The notes under the pieces: model-generated
The model's input: only the letters and a program-made list of their open reading frames with translations
Databases searched by the model: none
What the model was told of the DNA's origin: nothing
Position numbers and translations under genes: made by a program
Shown: positions 60,828 through 64,000 of the stretch, in pieces
Layout of the letters: each line of letters opens with the position of its first letter
Numbering within the stretch: the first letter of the stretch is position 1
NCBI GenBank assembly: GCA_965261965.1
Contig: OZ253489.1
Span: 3,365,131-3,429,130, forward strand
DNA from: Dehalococcoidia bacterium
Lineage (GTDB): Bacteria; Chloroflexota; Dehalococcoidia; Lucifugimonadales; JAGWBF01
Reading direction: 5' to 3'
DNA length: 64,000 nucleotides

Positions 60828-61060
60828 GCCTCCGCCTCGGTGGTGTCATCAGCTTGCGGGTCGCTCGGGGGAGTGTCCTCGCCGTGCGCGGCCTGCCTGT
60901 CCCTGGCGGCGTGCTTGATCATCAGGGTGATGATGCGGCGCAAGCGGTCCCGGGCGTCGGGTCCTGGTCTGGAAGAGACCCTGATGACGCCTATCTCAAA
61001 GGCGTCGCCACGGGGCTTCCGCCGCCTGTTCTGTTCATTCTTTCCGGTGGTATCTTTCAT
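60824..61060 (-). CDS. Small basic hypothetical protein (positional counterpart of 22325-22582)
   Basis: MKDTTGK start; follows the triple-hairpin element. Confidence 0.55.
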   Translation of the reverse strand: MKDTTGKNEQNRRRKPRGDAFEIGVIRVSSRPGPDARDRLRRIITLMIKHAARDRQAAHGEDTPPSDPQADDTTEAEA

Positions 61061-61072
61061 ATTGCGTAGTCG

Positions 61073-61213
61073 CAGCGGCGTCTGGTGGGCCGCTGGCCTC
61101 TCGACACGGGATTGCGGCTGGGCCGCCGGCGCCGACGGAACGGGCGAGCGCCGGCGGCATCCAGCCGTCTCAGGCCCCGCCGTGCCGCCGTTGCGCCTGC
61201 GCCCGGCGGGGCC
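61073..61213. other. Conserved non-coding triple stem-loop element, copy B
   Basis: Stems at 61073-61095, 61122-61158 and 61173-61213. Confidence 0.7.
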
Positions 61214-61219
61214 GCTGGT

Positions 61220-61549
61220 CTAGCTGTGCTCCTTGAAGAAGCTCATCTGGAAGCTCTCGGTCACGAGGATCGCCATGCCTCCGGGCATCCGAGCCGCGAA
61301 GCGGAAGAGGGCGTGCATGGCCCAGCCGCGGGGCTCGACGCCGTTGCGCCACCGGTGGACCAGCTTGGGGTCCACGCCGATGGCCCTGGCGAAGGCGGCC
61401 CACGTGAGGCCGCTGACCTCGTGCAGCCGTTCGAGGCGCTTGGGGAAGTCCTCCGCCAGCACGGCGGCCTGGAGGGCCAGGTCCTGTTCCTCGTCGAAGG
61501 TCTGTTCCGTGGTCCCGTCGAAACGGGACGAATCGTTATGGTTCGTCAT
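61220..61549 (-). CDS. XRE-family HTH protein
   Basis: Paralog of 22744-23061 (LTWAAFARAIGVDPKLVHRW). Confidence 0.8.
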   Translation of the reverse strand: MTNHNDSSRFDGTTEQTFDEEQDLALQAAVLAEDFPKRLERLHEVSGLTWAAFARAIGVDPKLVHRWRNGVEPRGWAMHALFRFAARMPGGMAILVTESFQMSFFKEHS

Positions 61550-61820
61550 CTCTATCCTCCATAGTGAAAAGTTGGTCGAAGTCGTCGAAACCCAGGGCCT
61601 TGAGCATCCGGCGGCGAATGCGACCGGAGGGTGTGCGCCCCGCGTTGACCAGCATCGAGATGTAGCCGGGGCTGACCCCGACCTCCCTGGCGAGCCAGTT
61701 CTGGGAGCGGTTCAGCAGAGTGAGCCGTTCCCATAGGGCCGCCGTGTTGAGCCGGACAACGGTCCGTCCACCACGCCTCCGGGGGCCTTTCTTCTTGTTG
61801 TGGTCGTCTTGCGAACGCAT
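61536..61820 (-). CDS. XRE-family HTH protein
   Basis: Paralog of 23048-23329 (SQNWLAREVGVSPGYISMLVN). Confidence 0.8.
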   Translation of the reverse strand: MRSQDDHNKKKGPRRRGGRTVVRLNTAALWERLTLLNRSQNWLAREVGVSPGYISMLVNAGRTPSGRIRRRMLKALGFDDFDQLFTMEDRDDEP

Positions 61821-61888
61821 GGCTCTTCGTCTCCTCTGGGGGAAGGGAGCGCGAGCCGTCGCGCCGCTTCCCCGATGTCAGTCGTTGG

Positions 61889-63544
61889 TCATTGCGGCGG
61901 CATGGCCTGGGGGGACTGCCAGTCGCCCGGGGCGCGCCATGCGCGTCCCAGCGGCCCCATCTGCTCGATGGCGGCCCTGTGCGACACCCACAGGGGCACC
62001 GTCACGCCCTTCGCCTGTATCTCGTCCCGCGCCAGGCGCAGGAAGTGGGTCTGGACGATCTCGTCGTCGAAGACGATGAGGACGGAGGGCCGCGTGCCGT
62101 GGTCGTCGGTGGGCCGGTGAGAGGAGAAGTAGCGCAGATAGGGGGCGAGGCGCTCCGACATGGTCGAGGGCCGCACGGCCCTTCGCTCCCACTCCAGCAG
62201 GAAGGGCCATGTGGTCTCGCCCTTTCTGAGGACGCCGAAGGCGTCGGGGTTGACCGAGCGCATCCCGTCGCCGTGCTTGAAGTGTCGTGAGGCCCTGCGG
62301 GGCGGGTCGACCTGGGAGACCTCCCAATCCAGGAGTCCCGCCTGCACGGTCATGGCCGCAAGGAAGGAGTGGACGGCTGCGGTGTGCTCGACGTTCCTGA
62401 GCAGCTGGCGGCTCCTCGCGCCGGTCACGTTGTCCCAGACGAATGGGGTGCCGGGGAACAGTGGAGCGGCGCTCCACCGCTTCTTCGCCACGGCGACCGA
62501 GGTGCGGTCCCTGCGGGCCAGGAGGGCCAGGGCCCGGTCGGTGAGGGCCATGCGCCCGCTTCCGGCGATGGGCCGGGTGACGAGGCGGAACCCTTCGAGG
62601 GGGGTGACGATCTGGGAGGCCCTGGGGACCGAGATGGCCATCAGTCCGGCCAGGTCCGTCAAGGTGATCCAGGGCCAGTCGGATATGAGGTCGAGGGCGC
62701 GCTTCTCGGCGGGCTTGAGGGTGGCGGGCAGCAGATAGTCGGAGACCTTCCACCCCGGACCCTCGACGGAGAGGTCGGCTGGGAGCGAGGCCACCTGTGG
62801 CTCGTCCTCCTCGGGAAAGAGGCTTCCCTTCTCTATCCGGTCGAGGACAGAGCGCAGCTCGACGGAGGCGTTGACCGCGGGCGGGCTCCACACCGGGTCG
62901 TCCGGCGACGCCGCGACCGCCTCGCGTTCGAGGGCGAGATAGAATGGAACGGGGGCGCCGGCCAGCGTCCTGCGGACGTGCCTGAGCCGCACGTCGTCGG
63001 CCATCAGCACGAGAACGGCTCCGGGGAGGGGCCCCTGGCGCAGCCTCCACATCCGGTTGGAAAAGCCGGTCCTGTCGGCGGTGAGCCCCTGCCTGACGAT
63101 GCCGACGGTGCGGCCGCCGGGAAGCTCGACGGCGGCGTCCAGGGTCGAGGCCCTGTACCACCGGAACCGTATGGGGTATGCGACGCCGGAGACGGCGACC
63201 GCCAGCCGGTAGATCGCGGCGAGGGAGTCGAGCCGTCCCATCAAGTTGCGCCGCCACTCGGCGGATACGGGGCGGTCGCGTACGAGCTCGTCCAGGGAGG
63301 TCTCCTCCTCCTCGGCCAGCCGCCGGAGCCCGGCGGCTGTGAGGTGGAACCTCTGGGTCGAGGAGGGAAAGAGGGGGGTGGCGTGGGGCACGGCGGCGCA
63401 GAAGCCGCCCGAGTCCAGCTTGTCGACGGCCTCGTGGACCGCGGCCTTCGACCAGCCGGTGACGGCCACCATCTCCGTCCGGTCGAGGAAGGGCATTCCC
63501 GCCAGGGCTCGGAGGGTCTGGGCTTCACATCCTTCAGTTCTCAC
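61889..63544 (-). CDS. Replication-relaxation family protein, internally duplicated (putative relaxase)
   Basis: Paralog of 23350-25002; VNPDAFG...FLLEWERRA. Confidence 0.72.
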   Translation of the reverse strand: MRTEGCEAQTLRALAGMPFLDRTEMVAVTGWSKAAVHEAVDKLDSGGFCAAVPHATPLFPSSTQRFHLTAAGLRRLAEEEETSLDELVRDRPVSAEWRRNLMGRLDSLAAIYRLAVAVSGVAYPIRFRWYRASTLDAAVELPGGRTVGIVRQGLTADRTGFSNRMWRLRQGPLPGAVLVLMADDVRLRHVRRTLAGAPVPFYLALEREAVAASPDDPVWSPPAVNASVELRSVLDRIEKGSLFPEEDEPQVASLPADLSVEGPGWKVSDYLLPATLKPAEKRALDLISDWPWITLTDLAGLMAISVPRASQIVTPLEGFRLVTRPIAGSGRMALTDRALALLARRDRTSVAVAKKRWSAAPLFPGTPFVWDNVTGARSRQLLRNVEHTAAVHSFLAAMTVQAGLLDWEVSQVDPPRRASRHFKHGDGMRSVNPDAFGVLRKGETTWPFLLEWERRAVRPSTMSERLAPYLRYFSSHRPTDDHGTRPSVLIVFDDEIVQTHFLRLARDEIQAKGVTVPLWVSHRAAIEQMGPLGRAWRAPGDWQSPQAMPPQ

Positions 63545-64000
63545 TGCTCGGCCTCCTCTTCCGCCGCGTCCTTACTGGCGGCCTTGTCTTCCGTTTCCTC
63601 GCCGTCCTTCTCCAGGTCGGCGGCGCGGTCCTTGAAGTCCCGGACCTTCTTCTGGGCGGCGGCCCCGGCGTCCTCCAGGTCCTGGGCCGTCAGGGTGTAT
63701 GCGGAGGCAGCGCTGCGGATCTGCGCGGCGACGGCGGGGTCTCCGTCCTCCGGCTTTCTGACCATCATCGAGAAGGCGGGCATCCGCTCCTTGCCCACGG
63801 TGGCCCTGACGTAGCAGTGGTGGACCGGCAGCGACGTGATGTCGTCCTCGGTCACGCGTTCCTTGCCCAGCTCCCACACCAGCTGCCTTGCGTCGTTGCC
63901 GGCCACCTGGAAGACGGCCAGGCATCCGACGTTGGCGAGCAGGGTGTCCCGCATGGTGCGGGAGAGGTCGTCGAGCTTGGCGAGGCTCTGGGTGGCCAGG
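63541..64000 (-). CDS. C-terminal part of a VirD4-like coupling protein (continues beyond the window)
   Basis: LATQSLAKLDDLSRTMRDTLLANVGCL... is near-identical to the 24999-27599 C-terminus. Confidence 0.85.
   Translation of the reverse strand, partial: LATQSLAKLDDLSRTMRDTLLANVGCLAVFQVAGNDARQLVWELGKERVTEDDITSLPVHHCYVRATVGKERMPAFSMMVRKPEDGDPAVAAQIRSAASAYTLTAQDLEDAGAAAQKKVRDFKDRAADLEKDGEETEDKAASKDAAEEEAEQ

Larger units (their letters stand above)
56910..64000 (-). mobile_element. ICE/IME-like module B (T4CP - relaxase-like - XRE - XRE - small ORF - PAPS-like - NYN - LSR4)
   Basis: Same order as module A with two extra cargo genes; extends past the window end. Confidence 0.75.

Overview
This window is a GC-rich (about 65-70% by eye in the backbone, lower in the cargo) mobile-element and defence hotspot. 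It contains no rRNA, tRNA or CRISPR array that I can support. Gene style (many serine recombinases, hybrid GAF-PAS kinase, LRR/Calx-beta surface proteins) suggests a Chloroflexota/Dehalococcoidia (SAR202-like) genome, possibly host-associated; this is inference only. Three related integrative modules are present, built from a VirD4-like coupling protein, an internally duplicated Replication-relaxation protein, two XRE regulators, a small ORF and a large serine recombinase (LSR). Two share this order (about 20.7-28.3 kb and 56.9-64 kb); a partial third occupies 0.2-13.5 kb. Four LSR genes occur. Two converge tail-to-tail with no stop codon of their own on a 50-bp symmetric attP-like site (13507-13556). 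Defence cargo comprises: a type II CBASS (patatin effector, CD-NTase, E2-E1 Cap2, eroded JAB remnant) behind an XRE/ImmA pair; a MerR-MTase-nuclease-HEPN operon; a frameshifted type IIG R-M gene; two further HEPN-like genes; and a decapitated type I R-M operon carrying Kiwa plus a TIR/membrane-protein pair. There are also two VapC toxin-antitoxin pairs, an IS1182 with a MITE-like neighbour, a 2400-aa LRR/Calx-beta/FN3 surface protein fused by deletion to a VirB4 fragment, an all-in-one sensor kinase-regulator, and a plant-type LRR lipoprotein with a broken 5' end. The strongest leads are the shared att site between the convergent LSRs, a triple-hairpin non-coding element conserved with compensatory changes in two modules, the relaxase/T4CP/LSR element family itself, and the TIR+membrane cassette.
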